Below are positions 26,969-41,292 of a stretch of 62,163 nt of DNA, piece by piece. The DNA is from Octopus sinensis (lineage: Eukaryota). The notes beneath the pieces were generated by a model. It worked only from the letters and a program-made list of their open reading frames with translations. It did not search any database and was not told where the DNA came from. The translations under genes and the position numbers were made by a program. Position 1 is the first letter of the stretch. Every line of letters begins with the position of its first letter. The stretch covers positions 1 through 62,163 of the forward strand of contig NW_021832138.1 in the NCBI RefSeq assembly GCF_006345805.1. Reading direction: 5' to 3'.

Positions 26969-27271
26969 CATATATAACAGATGTATATATATATATAGAG
27001 AGAGAGGGAGAGATAGAAATTGAGAGATAACATAAATAGATATGTGTGTACATTTGTTCATGTGTGTATGTGTGTGCATGTGAATGGGTGTTTCGGTAAA
27101 CCTGATGCTATATATCAATAGAGACCAATTCTACCACAATGATGGATTTATGTCAACTGATGGTTTGCTCTTACAATATATTTTTTACCTTATTTACAAC
27201 CCCTTATATGCAAAATAAATCACAATGAAAATGGCAACGACAACAACAACAACAGCAACAATAACACAACA

Positions 27272-27308
<37 letters not shown>

Positions 27309-27609
27309 TTACTACTACTATGTATAAGACACTGCAAGAGCGAAGAAAAATTTATGTGTGTATATATGTAAATACACACACACATACACAAACATACACA
27401 CACACATGCATGCACGAATATATATACACATTAATATACGGTACTGTATGATATTAGAATCTCCACATGTTGTATTCTGTTCAAGACCTGTTGAGATCTG
27501 GATAAAAAGTACTCGTTGATTTTAGCCATCTACAAGTATGTAGCTGTAACTCTCCCAGTTGCTTATATCTGTGTGTGGATTTATGTGTTTATATATATAT
27601 ACCCACATG

Positions 27610-27640
<31 letters not shown>

Positions 27641-27653
27641 TATATATACCCAC

Positions 27654-27696
<43 letters not shown>

Positions 27697-27934
27697 CACA
27701 TATATATGTATATGTATACATACATACGCGCACATATATGGATGTTTAATATACGCATATTTGTATACAAACATATATGCATATATTTAGAACACACACA
27801 CATGTGTATGTATGTTAGTAATGTGTGTATGCAAAGTAAAATTTATACAGAATGCTTTAACGGTGTCATTTTAGCAGTTACTGTAACACCAGACCTGGAA
27901 TGATAAATTTTAAACGAAATACTATACACACACG

Positions 27935-27968
<34 letters not shown>

Positions 27969-27974
27969 CATACA

Positions 27975-28062
<88 letters not shown>

Positions 28063-28256
28063 TGTATGTATATATACGTATATAGTGATCTATAAAAGTA
28101 TAAAATACAATTTTAATTAAGGGCATCGAAGAAGCCATGCATATATGCTGAAAAGAGTTAGATAAATAGATAGATAGTTTGATAATTAAATACATAGACA
28201 CATTAAGAGATAGAGGTGTATGTATACTTGTGTGTGTGTGTGTGTGTATGTGTGTA

Positions 28257-28288
<32 letters not shown>

Positions 28289-28859
28289 TGTGTGTGCGGG
28301 TTGTTCAAGCTAAATTTGACGACATTTTGTGTTTCTCTTTTTAAGGAACCGCTTGAGGTATTGGTGAACATTCAATGGCGTTGGCGAGCATGAAGATTAA
28401 AGTTGTATTGGAGAAAATATTAGCGGACATTGAGGACTGGAAGCCATTTCAATATTGGGAAAGCCTCACCTGTGTCCTGGTGATTAGCGCCTGGTACCAA
28501 AATACCGACATCATGACTGCTTCTCGGTCCTCTGTGAACACTGTAGATGATGTAAGACGTGACATGGACAGCTGCAACAGAGACTTTTGTAAGCTAAGAG
28601 AGTAAAGATAATCTTAAAATAAAAAATAAACGTAGGTCTTGTTAGTACAGCTGCCCAATAATAATTTATTCTGCCGTTTCTCAAGATGAAAATAAGACCG
28701 TTGTCTTTTGAGCAGATAACGTTTAAACAAGAGATGCTTGTAAAGAAGACAAAAAAAAAAAAAGAAAACTCAAGGGAGATAACCAACGTTTCAATAATTC
28801 GATGTGAAACAGACGTAAACCAGATGTTAATAGTTTACTAAGTGTCCAGGCGTCTACTT

Positions 28860-29440
28860 TTAAATTTCGACAGAATGTATTTCCTGAAATGCAGACATAG
28901 AGAAAAAAATCTCTATCTTCGAATTTATGTATTCGTTGTAAGTTCTCAAGTTTTTTTTTAATAAATACAGTTTTTCTAGAGAACACACTGAACATCTTGG
29001 GACCCGTTAACACAGGGTCTGGATTTGGAGAGGATTTTCCATTTGATGCCGAAATTGGTCTCTTCGTCTCTTCGTCTTTAAGTTTCCAGAAAGAGTAGCT
29101 GAATGTTTCTCATGGTGGGTACTTAAAATTCAAAAGATGGTTGTTATATCTAGATTAAAATTTTTCTTCCACGGCTCCCATATAGCGTTTGGTATTTGTA
29201 CGACCATTGTCGTAGTTCGCTGAAACCTGTCTTACATAAACAACGGAAGATATGTCGCACTCCTGTACAAGAGAACATTAAAATTTGTCTCTACATGCGC
29301 TTCCGGGGTAGGCTTGAGTCATCCGTTGTATATTGATAAACGACTTAACATTAGGACAAGGAAAGGTAATTTTTATGGTGTGCCTGTTAAAGATTTTACT
29401 GTATCTATGAGTTCTAGGGAAGGGTATATCTATTAAGTGT
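28860..29440 (-). pseudogene. Penelope-like element remnant (linker plus GIY-YIG endonuclease)
   Basis: LIDIPFPRTHRYSKIFNRHTIKITFPCPN...ACRDKF*CSLVQEC.ISSVVY...KRYMGAVEEKF*SRYNNH...FWKLKDE(fs)TNFGIKWKILSKSRP(fs)RCSVCSLEKLYL...HFRKYILSKFK. Same type as 12630-12880. Confidence 0.88.
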
Positions 29441-31337
29441 GTGTGTGTGTGTGGTGTGTCTGTATGTATAGTATTTGTCCTAACATTAAGGGAGAAAGGA
29501 GGAGGGGCAACCATAAAACTTCTTGAAATCTATTCTTACGACTAAATGATAGAGGAGGAGAGGAGTTGCATAAGATTTTATCAGTTATAAAGCTGCTATC
29601 CTGTTGGACCTTATAATATGGGGAAGCCTTTTCGAATATTTCTTTTGAAGAAGAAAGCCTAATATTTAGAATTAATTTTCTAAATTCATGATTTTATTGT
29701 ATGTTATACATATGTGTAGGACAGAGTGGAGTAAATCTACAGAAAAATGGAAGGGTTTTCATTGTAAGAATTACCTTTCTTCATCGAAATATACAGTCTC
29801 TATAGAATGACAGAGAGAAAGAGGGTGAGAGAAAGTGACGACCCGCTGGAAACAATGACTGGAATCTATATTTTTGTATATTTGTATATATTGTAATATA
29901 TTTTTATATGCGTGATGAAGTGAAATCTTGATAGTGACCGGGTCGCAGTTCGTGCGAAGGAAATTTCGACACCCAAAGACGAAAATTAAGAGATGTTAAC
30001 AGTCTTTGTGGTGTTTTCAAATAGCTAGGATGCGTTTTCCACGCTGCATTCCGCTTGATCTCAGCACGCGGTCCCAGATCACATTATTTGTCTGACAAGT
30101 ATATACATACATACATTAACACACACACACACACACTGCCAAATCTCACAAGCCTCAATTAGTGCGAATTCTGACTTCTATAAAAATTTTGCACGAATCG
30201 AATTCGTGCTATACGAATATTATAGCTTACATAATATGGTAATTGTTTCTAATCCAATTGGTATGTGCAGTAGATAAAATGAGTCGCAATTTATTTACGT
30301 ATTTCCCTGAGTTCTAGAAAGGGTAAATTTTCTTTAGAAAATGTAATTATTAAAATGTTTAAGTTTTTTTTATGTAGAAAATGAAATCTTGAAACGAATC
30401 TTTTAGAAGAAAGTGAAATTAAGGAAATATAACTGACACTGCCCTGTAATGTCCATGAATACAAGAGAGGTAACTATTCAAGAAATTTAAATTTGAAATT
30501 TGTATTTGCAAAAAGGAAGAAAATACAGAGTTCACGTATTTAATTTAAATTATTAATTAATATTTGACAGTGAGATACTCTAAATCATCCATTGTGACGT
30601 TCTTAGCATCTGGATTCATCGATATTATATTTATAATTAATATGAGCAAAGAACTGTTATTAACCTAACGAAATGTATCGAATAATTAATAGAAAGGAGA
30701 TTGATTAAGAGCAAATACAATAAATTTTTAACAAAGTTTTCGGCTTCATCGTTGCATTTAACTGTATCCTGGTCGTAGGGTGATTATGAAGTTCATCAAA
30801 GACACTAATGATTTAGATAGAAACTTATGGCGACGTATGAGAAATATTTGTCGGAGGAGATTTATATTGAGAACAGGCACATTTTCTTCGAAAACAATGT
30901 CTTCTTGTTGGAAATATTTCACAGTTTTCTTTAGTTACTATCATGGTTTGGACCGGTAGACAGCGTGCGTTTGCAGTTGAAAGTTTGTCAACCTGTAAAA
31001 TGTGGGAGGATTTTTTAAGCGCACCCTGTATTTTTGGATGCACGAATGGTAAATATAAAACTAAAAACATTTGAATGTAAACTGGTATCAGAGGCTATTA
31101 AAAAAACTGAAAAAAACCCTATTCCTATGTTACCTGTGTGGTGCACGTTTTTCAAAATTTAATTAAAATATGTAGTTTTAGTATCACTGTAGAAGCTGAT
31201 GAGAGATAATTTGTCATTGATAATTAAAATATATGTTTTGTTCTGGACTATTTTTGGAGGTCTTGTGGTTGGTTATAGGAAGTGTTTTTTTGGTTGCAGT
31301 AGATGCTAGAACAAGTGCAACACTGTCAGATAGACTA

Positions 31338-32820
31338 TATGAACGTAGCAAAAAAGAAAAAAAATGCTTAGGAAATAATACATACTTTATTGTTTTAATC
31401 CCCACTCCCATTTAAACAAAATAAATTACACTGACTTCTTTTTCTTTAAATCTTCATTATGATAGACCGGTAACAGCAGTTACAAACGATTTCTTGACGT
31501 CATACAAATTGGTTTTTAATACTTATCGTTCAGTCATTCATTGAATTTTGTTGATCCAGAAATGAGTCACCATGTTGAATCACAGTAGAATTGTACAAAA
31601 CCCGAAGTTTGTGAGATATTGATACTCATTGCATATCATTAAACCCTCATTTATTCGAGTGTAAGTGGTGGTTGTAACTTTCCTAATGATGGTTTTCAAA
31701 AATTATTCAAAGCTATTTAAAGGATCTGTCTATTATTTGTAATAAATAATTAGAAAATTGAATAATTATCAAAAGTTGGAATGAAAAATATAAAACGTTT
31801 ACTTTTGACCAAGGAAAACGCGGTGCATTTTTGCTAAGGAAAATATTGTTACTTTTAGATAAACTGTTGTGTGGACGCCCCCAGACGATGAAGTAGGCTA
31901 GCCCAATACGTAGATATAGAGGGAGAAGTCTAGACGTCGAAGAGTAGTAGACGAAGTGACTAGAACATAGTAGAGAACAGTTGAGTAGCGGTGAGAGAGA
32001 ACAGAAGAGGAGAGCTGAGTAGAGGTCATCCGAACGTGCGACATAACACAAACGTATCTCTGTTATCGTCAAGGTAAACACTTTTATTTTCATGAGGCTT
32101 TAGAAAAAAGATGTGTCCAGTTCTCAAAGTTTTTTCGTTTTTAAATTTAATTAAACACCAAAGAACAATAAAATTTTATTTGTTCTGTAATTTATTTTGG
32201 GTATTCTTGAGATGACGATCTTAATCAAACACGTCGAAGCGAATTCCCAAGCATAATAACAAATGAAAAGAAAACAACGAGATGAAATATACTTATTTCT
32301 TTTAAACGCGCAGCTTTTGCAAATTCAATGCAAATTACTTCAGACGAAAAAAATATATAAATAATTAGAAATTGTTCATTAGTCAATAAATTTACAAAAT
32401 TAATAATTAAAAATTTTCATTATTTTTCAAATTACGGATTCATTATAAATTATGATTTTAAGAAATCAAAGTGTGAAGAATCACTTCAATATGCTGAGTA
32501 CACAAAAATTAATTCTCAGTTTTACGTTTCGTATTTTCGTTTTTTATCACCACAGACCATCATCTTAAAAATACTATTTATTTTTATTACATACAATATG
32601 AATAATGCAATAGATTACATTTTATTTTAGAAAATGTAATTTTAAAATTAACAAATATTATAACAATACAAAAAAAAAACGAAAATGTAATCAAATTTTA
32701 ACTATGAACGTAGCAAAAAAGAAAAAATGCTTAGGAAATAATACATACTTTATTGTTTTAATCCCCACTCCCAGTTAAACAAAATAAGTTACACTGACTT
32801 CTTTTTCTTTAAATCTTCAT
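31338..32820. repeat. 118/120-bp direct repeat pair, offset 1365 bp
   Basis: 31338-31457 and 32703-32820 differ only by two substitutions and an A-run length. Confidence 0.92.
31865..32048. mobile_element. Solo LTR (BEL/Pao- or Gypsy-like)
   Basis: TGTTGTGT...ACATAACA termini form an imperfect inverted repeat. Flanks are taaac/caaac, a 5-bp TSD with one transition. GC-richer than its surroundings. Confidence 0.7.
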
Positions 32821-32829
32821 ACATATATG

Positions 32830-34090
32830 GTTATAAAATTAGAAATTCTTTGTCAAGATATTGGTGGACTTAAATGAATCTTGTAATGCTGCGATAAAGA
32901 TTATTGATCATTTCGTTTAATATTTCCACATTTCTAAATATATTTCCATGGTCTTTGATGGATACCTCTTTTGTTTACTTATTGACATTTTCTTCATTAT
33001 TTTCTGCTTCTTCGAATGCTTTTTGTTCATCTAAAAAGAAAAGTCTTCATTTGACGAGCATTTGTATGTACAGTCACTTCATAAAAATCAAACTGTGCTA
33101 TTTCTTTGGCATTATACAAAGAAATCCTTCGAAATTCTTTACACATTCTGGTAATCAAAATTTCCAAACCGAACGCATGTTGCTTAAATTTAATTCTTCA
33201 AAAAATGGTGAATACTTTCAATCACATTTTTGATATAATTCTTTTTTCAATTTTTTTTTCAAAGAAATTACAATATCACCTGTTATTTGAGGAAGTACCA
33301 AATGAATAACTTTTCCAAATATAGCAGATCCTCAGGTGCAATAATATCGATACACTTTTACTCAAATGATCGTGTATAGTTGGATGACCAGAGGTATTGT
33401 CTTAAATAAAAATATATACAAAAATATGCAGAAAAAAAACAATCTTTAAGAAGAGAGATTTTGTCAGCCATCCTTTCTTTTTCTTTTTGTAGTGGAACGC
33501 CAAAATACTAGAAGTGATCGGTGATTGTAGCCCTTAGTAAACAGAGAACTGACGACTGATATTTAGCAACGGTCTTAACTTGAAACCATTGTCTACATTT
33601 TGTTCAAAATAAAAGAGTCAAACGATCCTAATACCTTTACATTCTGGTAGAGATTTTACCATTTTTAGAAATATAACTTAATGAAGGAATTCTTTTCCAA
33701 AAGTAATCCGGTTTCGTTCATGTTAAATATTTATTGTTCGGTGTACCCCTCTTCTTAAATTGTATTCTACCCCCAAATTAGATTCATTTTCAGCAGCTTC
33801 TTCGTCAGCGCTGTTTGATTTGATTCTCCACAAACTTGTACATTATGCACACCTGAATTCCATTCTTAATTCGTTTTAAACCAACCAACAAATTGCATTA
33901 AATGTCCCTTCAGTGATGCTTTGATTATCGATATTTTCTGTGGCTCTAAAATATCCTCAAAGCTTCCGGTTGAATTCTAACTTAGGAAAAAAATAACATT
34001 TTTATGACTTTTCAATTCATAAAGTGAGGAAACAGTCCATTTTTATCGCAATTAGTTATTCGATTTATTTTTGAAGCTGTTTGCAAATCA
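32830..34090 (-). pseudogene. Tigger/pogo (CENP-B-like DDE) transposase pseudogene
   Basis: Across frameshifts: FNA..GWF, SGVHNVQVCGES..SADEEAAE, EEGYTEQ*IFNMNETGL.FWKRIP, DRLTLLF, LVFWRS..KGWLTKSLF, DNTSGHP, NMRSVWK.LPECVKNFEGF. The motifs are in Tigger1-type order. Confidence 0.9.
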
Positions 34091-34571
34091 CAGAAAACTG
34101 ATCTTCATAAACTCCTCTCGTTTGTTTCAGTTGCCTGTTTTATAATATTTAGTACAGTCGATCTTTCATGGATATCAAGATGTCTGCCATCACGTGTTAG
34201 GTGTTGTGACACATCACATTTCTCTCAAATTAATAGTATGTCACTTCCTTTTTGCACCAGAATAATTTATAAAACAAAAATATCCTCAAGTTACTTTACA
34301 TAACTGGACTTTGTTCAAGGATAGAACGTACCGAATGCCCGACCTGCTGGGCAAAAATGTCTTCACACATGTACATTGCACATACACACATAAATACGTG
34401 TGTGTGTGTGTGTGTGCATATATATATATATTCATAATTTTTATACATATATATACAATTTTTATACAGGCACTCAAACACGCACATACACACACACATG
34501 CAAACTTGTATACATGTATATCTATGTATAGACAGATACAGATACACTTACATACAAATATCCATATATAT

Positions 34572-34627
<56 letters not shown>

Positions 34628-34647
34628 TATATACATGCATACAAATA

Positions 34648-34681
<34 letters not shown>

Positions 34682-34812
34682 CATGTATGTATGTATGTAT
34701 GTATATATATAGACGAAGAATGAACAAACGAAAGAAACAGGCACTCAACACATCTTTAGAAGTTAGGTGTATTATTATTTAAAACAATCTGGAGCCGACT
34801 CAGACCGTTTTA

Positions 34813-34865
<53 letters not shown>

Positions 34866-34882
34866 AGATGATGATGATGTTG

Positions 34883-34917
<35 letters not shown>

Positions 34918-34930
34918 TATTATTATTATA

Positions 34931-35304
34931 TGCTATATAGTTGATGTTGTATGCCCCTTTAACGTACGAATAGTCAAGAAGGAAGGATAAAAGATTGACA
35001 GATACAACCCTCTTAAGTACGAAATAGTCCGGCTATGGAAAATGAAGAAGGTGAAGATAGTGCCAATTATGGCTGGGTCCTTGGGAAGTTTCAGACGGCA
35101 TCAAGAGGAACATAAGGAAACTCAAATAGAGTGCCCAGTAGAACTGTTACAAAAGGTTTGCCTCCTTGGTACAGCTAGAATAATCAGGAAAGTATTAGAT
35201 AGCTGAAAAGAACGAATATCATAATGCCGTAGGCTGCAGGTAGCAAGCCCGTTACGCATGCAAGACTCCAGGAGCTCCAATAAAACCTGTGTTAAAGTGA
35301 AAAT
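34931..35304 (+). mobile_element. 5'-truncated R4/Dong-clade LINE (restriction-like endonuclease tail)
   Basis: CYIVDVVCPFNVRIVKKEG*KIDRYNPLKYEIVRLWKMKKVKIVPIMAGSLG...LLQKVCLLGTARIIRKVLDS* at 34931-35206 (D..P...KE.EK..KY motif). Flanked by TAA repeats. Confidence 0.88.
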
Positions 35305-35329
35305 AATGATAATAATAATAATTATTATA

Positions 35330-35547
35330 ATCCCTTTTACTATAGGTACATGCTCTGAAATTCGGTGAGAGGGAACTAGTCGATTACATCAGCCCCAGTG
35401 TTTCATTGGTATTTAATTTATCGACCTCGAAAGGATGAATGGCAAAGTCGACCTCGGCGGAATTTGAACTCAGAACGTAAAGACGGACGAAATAAATACC
35501 GCTAAGCATTTCGGCCGACGTGCTAACGATTCTGCCAGCTCACCGCT

Positions 35548-35548
<1 letters not shown>
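35330..35548 (-). mobile_element. SINE family B (short-tail variant)
   Basis: aatcccttttactataggtac...gtcgacctcggcggaatttgaactcag...ctgccagctcaccgc. Confidence 0.85.
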
Positions 35549-35600
<52 letters not shown>

Positions 35601-35614
35601 CATAATAATAATCA

Positions 35615-35980
35615 TTTTGGGGAGAGGACTAGTTGATTACATTGACCCCCAGAATTGCACTGGCACTTAATTTATCGAAAGTATGAAAGACAAAGTCGCC
35701 CTCGGCGAAATTTGAACTCAGAACGTAAAGACGGACGAAATAAATACCCATTTCTTTACTACCCACAAGAGGCTAAACACAGAGAGGACAAACAAGGACG
35801 GACAAACAGATTAAGTCGATTATATCGACCCCAGTGCGTAACTGGTACTTAATTTATCGACCCCGAAAGGATGAAAGGCAAAGTCGACCTCGGCGGAATT
35901 TGAACTCAGAATGTAACGGCAGACGAAATACGACTACACATTTCGCCCGGTGTGCTAACGTTTCTGCCAGCTCGCCGCCT
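35615..35980 (-). mobile_element. SINE family B dimer
   Basis: Same two-unit layout and junction (gacgaaata...atttctttactacccacaag) as 2804-3201. Confidence 0.85.
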
Positions 35981-36021
35981 TAATAATGATGATAGTAATA
36001 ATAATAATAATAATAGTAGTA

Positions 36022-36066
<45 letters not shown>

Positions 36067-36809
36067 ACAGCAACAAAAGCAACAATAATAATAATAATAA
36101 TAATAATAATAATTAGAAGAAGAAGAGGGAATAGAGAGTGAGAAAGAGAGGATGAGAGAGATGAAATATATATCGGGCTGCAACTCATAAATATTTTACA
36201 TATACTCAAATATAATTAAGAAGAAACACACTTCATAAAGTATATTTACAAATGTTTCAAAATTACAGTTACTTGTTGATGTAGTAAAGGGCATTCTACG
36301 GACAGATGCACTTAAGGGTGAAAGAAAACCATACCGAGAATGCAAAAACAAAATTATATTAACACATAATATGTATCTCCCAATGAAGAGCTTCAGTATT
36401 GTGACGCCTATAGATTGAATTCATTTACGCTTTATTCTTCGGTGTTAATATCAGTTCTGCCACTTTTCTATGGTTTGTTGCATCATTATATATACCTGCT
36501 TGCATAATGCACAGTTTTGCCGTAACCAGTTACGAAACAGCTGTAAAAAATTCTCATACACTATTTTTGATGCTCTTTATTATATTTATGAATATGTAAC
36601 ACCGTTATAAACGATTTGATACCATATATCTCCTTGACCACCATTTATCATTTTATTATTATTATTATTATTATTATTCGCTCGACAAAGACGACGAACT
36701 GGAAGAATAATTAGCAAACAATCCAGTTAGGTATGTTGAACTCCCAGTTAAATCGAATCTTACAACAATTCAATAATTTATATATGTTTATATATATGTT
36801 TATATATAT

Positions 36810-36852
<43 letters not shown>

Positions 36853-36899
36853 AATTAAATGGAGACAAGAAGTGGAACGAACCGACGAATCGAGACGAA

Positions 36900-36940
<41 letters not shown>

Positions 36941-36943
36941 TTC

Positions 36944-36975
<32 letters not shown>

Positions 36976-38109
36976 GTTTACACACTTATATGTATGTACG
37001 CGTGTGTGCGCGTGCGATTTATCATATATTCTTAAAAAGTCATGTTTCTTCCCACAACATCTGTCTATGACTCCTCCACCGTCAGTGAAGTGATAAAAAA
37101 GAAAACAAAGCAAATAAGAGTAAAACAAAACGAAAAAGATCAAAACCAAGAAAACAGCAAAAATTCGTGTGCAAGAAAAAAAAATTGACATTTTAGACAG
37201 ACAGCCATTTTGTTAGTGTCACAAAGGAAACAGAACTACATATAGAAAAAAGAAATAAAAAAGTTCATTTCGCTTTTGTTGTTGCTGCTGTTGTTATTGT
37301 TATCGTTAGTGTTATTGTTTTGCTAGTTCCTATTTGTAATTATTATTATTATCTGTATTATTATTTTTTTTAAAATAATTACATTTTAATTTTTTATATT
37401 ATTGCAATGTAAAAAGATATTTAGTGAAACAAAATATGTGCATCTGTGTGTGTGTGTGTGCGTGCGCGCATCTGTGTGTGAACGTTTGTAGATATATATC
37501 ATATATATGTAATCATGTGTATATATGCATGTATATATTTATATATGTCTGTTTGTGTGCGCGCGTGTGTATATATATGTGTGTGTGTGTGTGTATATGT
37601 ATGTATTTATATATATATATATATACGTACATATATATATGTGTGTGTGAGTGTGTGTGTGTATGTGTGTCTGTGTGTGTGTATGCATATTATTTTATTC
37701 TTTTATTTGTATCAGTCATTTGACTGCGGCCATGCTGATACATATATAATTCATATACATGAATATATGTGTGTGTGCGTGTGCATTACGCACACACACA
37801 CACACACACGTACACACACACACACGTACACACACACACATAGTATCACATCGCATTACAACATATATCGAGTCCCCCGTTTTGCTACCTTGCGACATTA
37901 TATGTAAAAACGTGAAAACAAAATAAAACCTTCGAAATCCGTCATATTCTGGTCATTTCACCATTTAACCTCACTTCACTTCTCCGAAAGTTCAGTGTCT
38001 AAGAATAATCATTGTTATGCAGACGTGTGTTCAAACAGTCTCTTGGAAAATGTTATGCCGTCGTTTAATCATTATCATCATCAGCATCGTTATTCCTCCC
38101 CCCCACCTC

Positions 38110-38231
38110 CTAGTCCTCCTCATCTTCCACCTCATCATCATCGTCACTAACATCTTTATCGTCATTATCGGCATCATCGGCATCATCATCATCATTGTTT
38201 TTGTTGTTGTTGTTGTTGTTATTATTATTAT

Positions 38232-38270
<39 letters not shown>

Positions 38271-38335
38271 TATCATCATCATCATCATCATCATTATTAT
38301 TATTATTATTATTATTATCATTATTATTATTATTA

Positions 38336-38372
<37 letters not shown>

Positions 38373-38386
38373 CATTATTATTATTA

Positions 38387-38419
<33 letters not shown>

Positions 38420-38497
38420 CATTATTATTAGTATTATCAATATTATTATTATTATTATTACTATTATTATTATTATATCATTATTATTATTATCATT

Positions 38498-38528
<31 letters not shown>

Positions 38529-38596
38529 TATTATCATTATTATTATTATTATTATCATCATTATTATTATTATTATTACTAATTACTATTACTATT

Positions 38597-38637
<41 letters not shown>

Positions 38638-38713
38638 CATTATTATTATCATTATTATTATTATTATTATTATCATCATCATTATTATCATTATTATTAT
38701 CATTATCATTATA

Positions 38714-38752
<39 letters not shown>

Positions 38753-39281
38753 GTTATTATTATTATTATCATCCTCATCCTCATCATCATCATCATCATT
38801 ATGTTGCCATTTTACAAAGAGAAAACTGAACAGTCAAATTGAAACGAAAAACGTTTTAATTTCTAATTTTTAAATTTTGTTTCACTTTTAGTTTCACTTT
38901 CAATTTGCTTGTTTAATTCTTTTTTTTTGTTATCTTTCATATTTTTTGATCTTGTTTCGTTCTTTTTTTTTGTTCGCCCGATTCTTGGTTTCGGTTGTTG
39001 CTTGTTTTTTTGTTTTATTTAAAAAAATTTGTTATTCATGTCAAAGTTTTGTTTGTGTGTGTATATATGTGAAAGTGTATTTCTGTGTGTGAATGTGTGT
39101 GTGTGTGTGTATGTGTGTGTGTACCGCTTATAGTTCGGCTTAAGTTATTCACCATATGTGCATGTGTGTTCTGTTCTTTAAAAGTATTCTATTGAATATT
39201 CCAGTCTGACAGACTTCTAACAATGGCAACTTGTTAAATGTTAAAACTATTCCATTTACGTTTACTTTATTATGAATATTA

Positions 39282-39333
<52 letters not shown>

Positions 39334-39371
39334 CATTATTATTATTATCATTCTTCTTCTTCTTCTTCTTC

Positions 39372-39408
<37 letters not shown>

Positions 39409-39634
39409 CATTATTATCATTATTATTATTATCATCATTATTATTATTATTATTATTATTATCATTATTATTATTATCATCGTCATCGTCGTCGTCTCCA
39501 GTGTTGTCATCACGTTTATTTTATTGTGGTTATGGTTATTATTATTGCAGCTGTTGTTTTTGTTGTTGTTGTTGTTATTGTTGTTGCTGTTTTTGTTGTT
39601 GTTGCTTCTTCTTCTATTTCTTCTTCTTCTTCTT

Positions 39635-39665
<31 letters not shown>

Positions 39666-39801
39666 TTATTATTATTATTATTGTTACTACCATAATCATC
39701 ATCGTCATAATTGTTGATATCATTATTATTAGTAATATTATTACTATTCTTTTTAGGCTTATTATTACTATTATTATTACTATTATTATTATTATTATTA
39801 C

Positions 39802-39864
<63 letters not shown>

Positions 39865-40155
39865 TATTATTATTATTATTATTATTATTATCGCAGCTAT
39901 TGTATTTAATGTGTTCAATTTTATTACATTTATTTCATCATCATCATCATCATCATTAGCGGCAGCAGCAGCGGCAGCGGCAGCAGTAACCACAGCGTCA
40001 TCATTATCTTTAACATGTATCGTCATCAACGTCGTCGTCGCTGTTATAACTGAGTATTGTTACTGATGTTGTTGTTGTTGTTGTTATCATCATCATCATC
40101 ATCATCATCATCATTATTATTATTATTATTATTATTATCATTATTATTATTATTA
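38110..40155. repeat. Large compound (ATT/ATC/GTT/CTT)n microsatellite arrays
   Basis: Arrays at about 38110-38800 and 39270-40155; these generate the poly-I/Y/L ORFs in the track. Confidence 0.95.
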
Positions 40156-40644
40156 TTTGTTAACATAAAGACAACAAGTGACAAAGTAGTCAAAGTAACA
40201 CGGAACGTGTTGTGTCAAAGACAGAAATTGACTATGCCTTGAAAAAGAATCAGGCCTGACTGCACACTTACACACACACTTACACACACACACACTCGCG
40301 TGCGCGCAGGTATACGCTCGCACACACTCGTACGCAGGCACATACATACATACAGACAAATTCACAAACAACAATCAAAAATTTTAGGCAAGTTGCTGAA
40401 ATCTGTTGGAAATTTTAAAAAATTCAGTACAAATTTGTGTAGATTTATCTATGCATCTATATACTTACACACACGCACACACACACACACGCGCGCGCGC
40501 ACACACACGCACACACACACACACACATAAATCTATCTGTAGTATATATATATATATATACATACATGTATTTATATATATCTATATATCTATATCTATC
40601 TATCTATATCTATCTATCTATCTATCTATCTATATATATATATA

Positions 40645-40687
<43 letters not shown>

Positions 40688-41292
40688 ATATATACATATA
40701 TATATGTGTGTGTGTGTGTGTAAATATATATATATATATATATATACATATAATATATACATATATATATGTGTGTGTGTATATATATATATATATATAC
40801 GTACATATACATATGCACTTTAGATGCGTTACTGACTAAAAATATTATGTTTACTTAAAATCGTCTTCACCAACATTCATTGTAGATCTCCGGGAGTTCT
40901 ACACTAAATTTGTCTAAACTTAAGTTTTGTCCATATGAACTGAGATCATTTCGTGCAATTACAATGAAACCTGAACACATACATACACACGCACACACAC
41001 ATGCATGAATATATACGGCAGGATATATTCTTATACACGGGCATATATGCATGTATGTCAGCGTGTATGTGTTTGTATCTGTATATATATATATATGTGT
41101 GTATGTGTGTGTATACATAAACCCATATACACATACGTATCTATTTTACAATTTTATGTCAGACGTCATTTAGTACGTTACCATCTCTTTGAATTATATA
41201 AAAGCATGGCACTTGGTCACGTGACTTCCCTTTGCATTTTTCATTTTTTGTAGCAACAACTATAACAATGATAATGATAAAAATAAAAATAA

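Noticed and set aside
28470-28571. Minus-strand exon-like segment (VHVTSYIIYSVHRGP), faintly P450-like
   Set aside because: No PERF or heme motif and no partner exons; it lies in the 3' flank of a Penelope remnant.
30760-31030. Tc1/mariner-like terminus caccctg+TA at 31022-31030
   Set aside because: No matching opposite TIR or transposase motif was found.
40871-40970. Minus-strand candidate exon GFIVIARNDLSSYGQNLSLDKFSVELPEIYNEC
   Set aside because: Weak acceptor within a GT repeat, weak donor, no recognisable domain; the length is compatible with chance.
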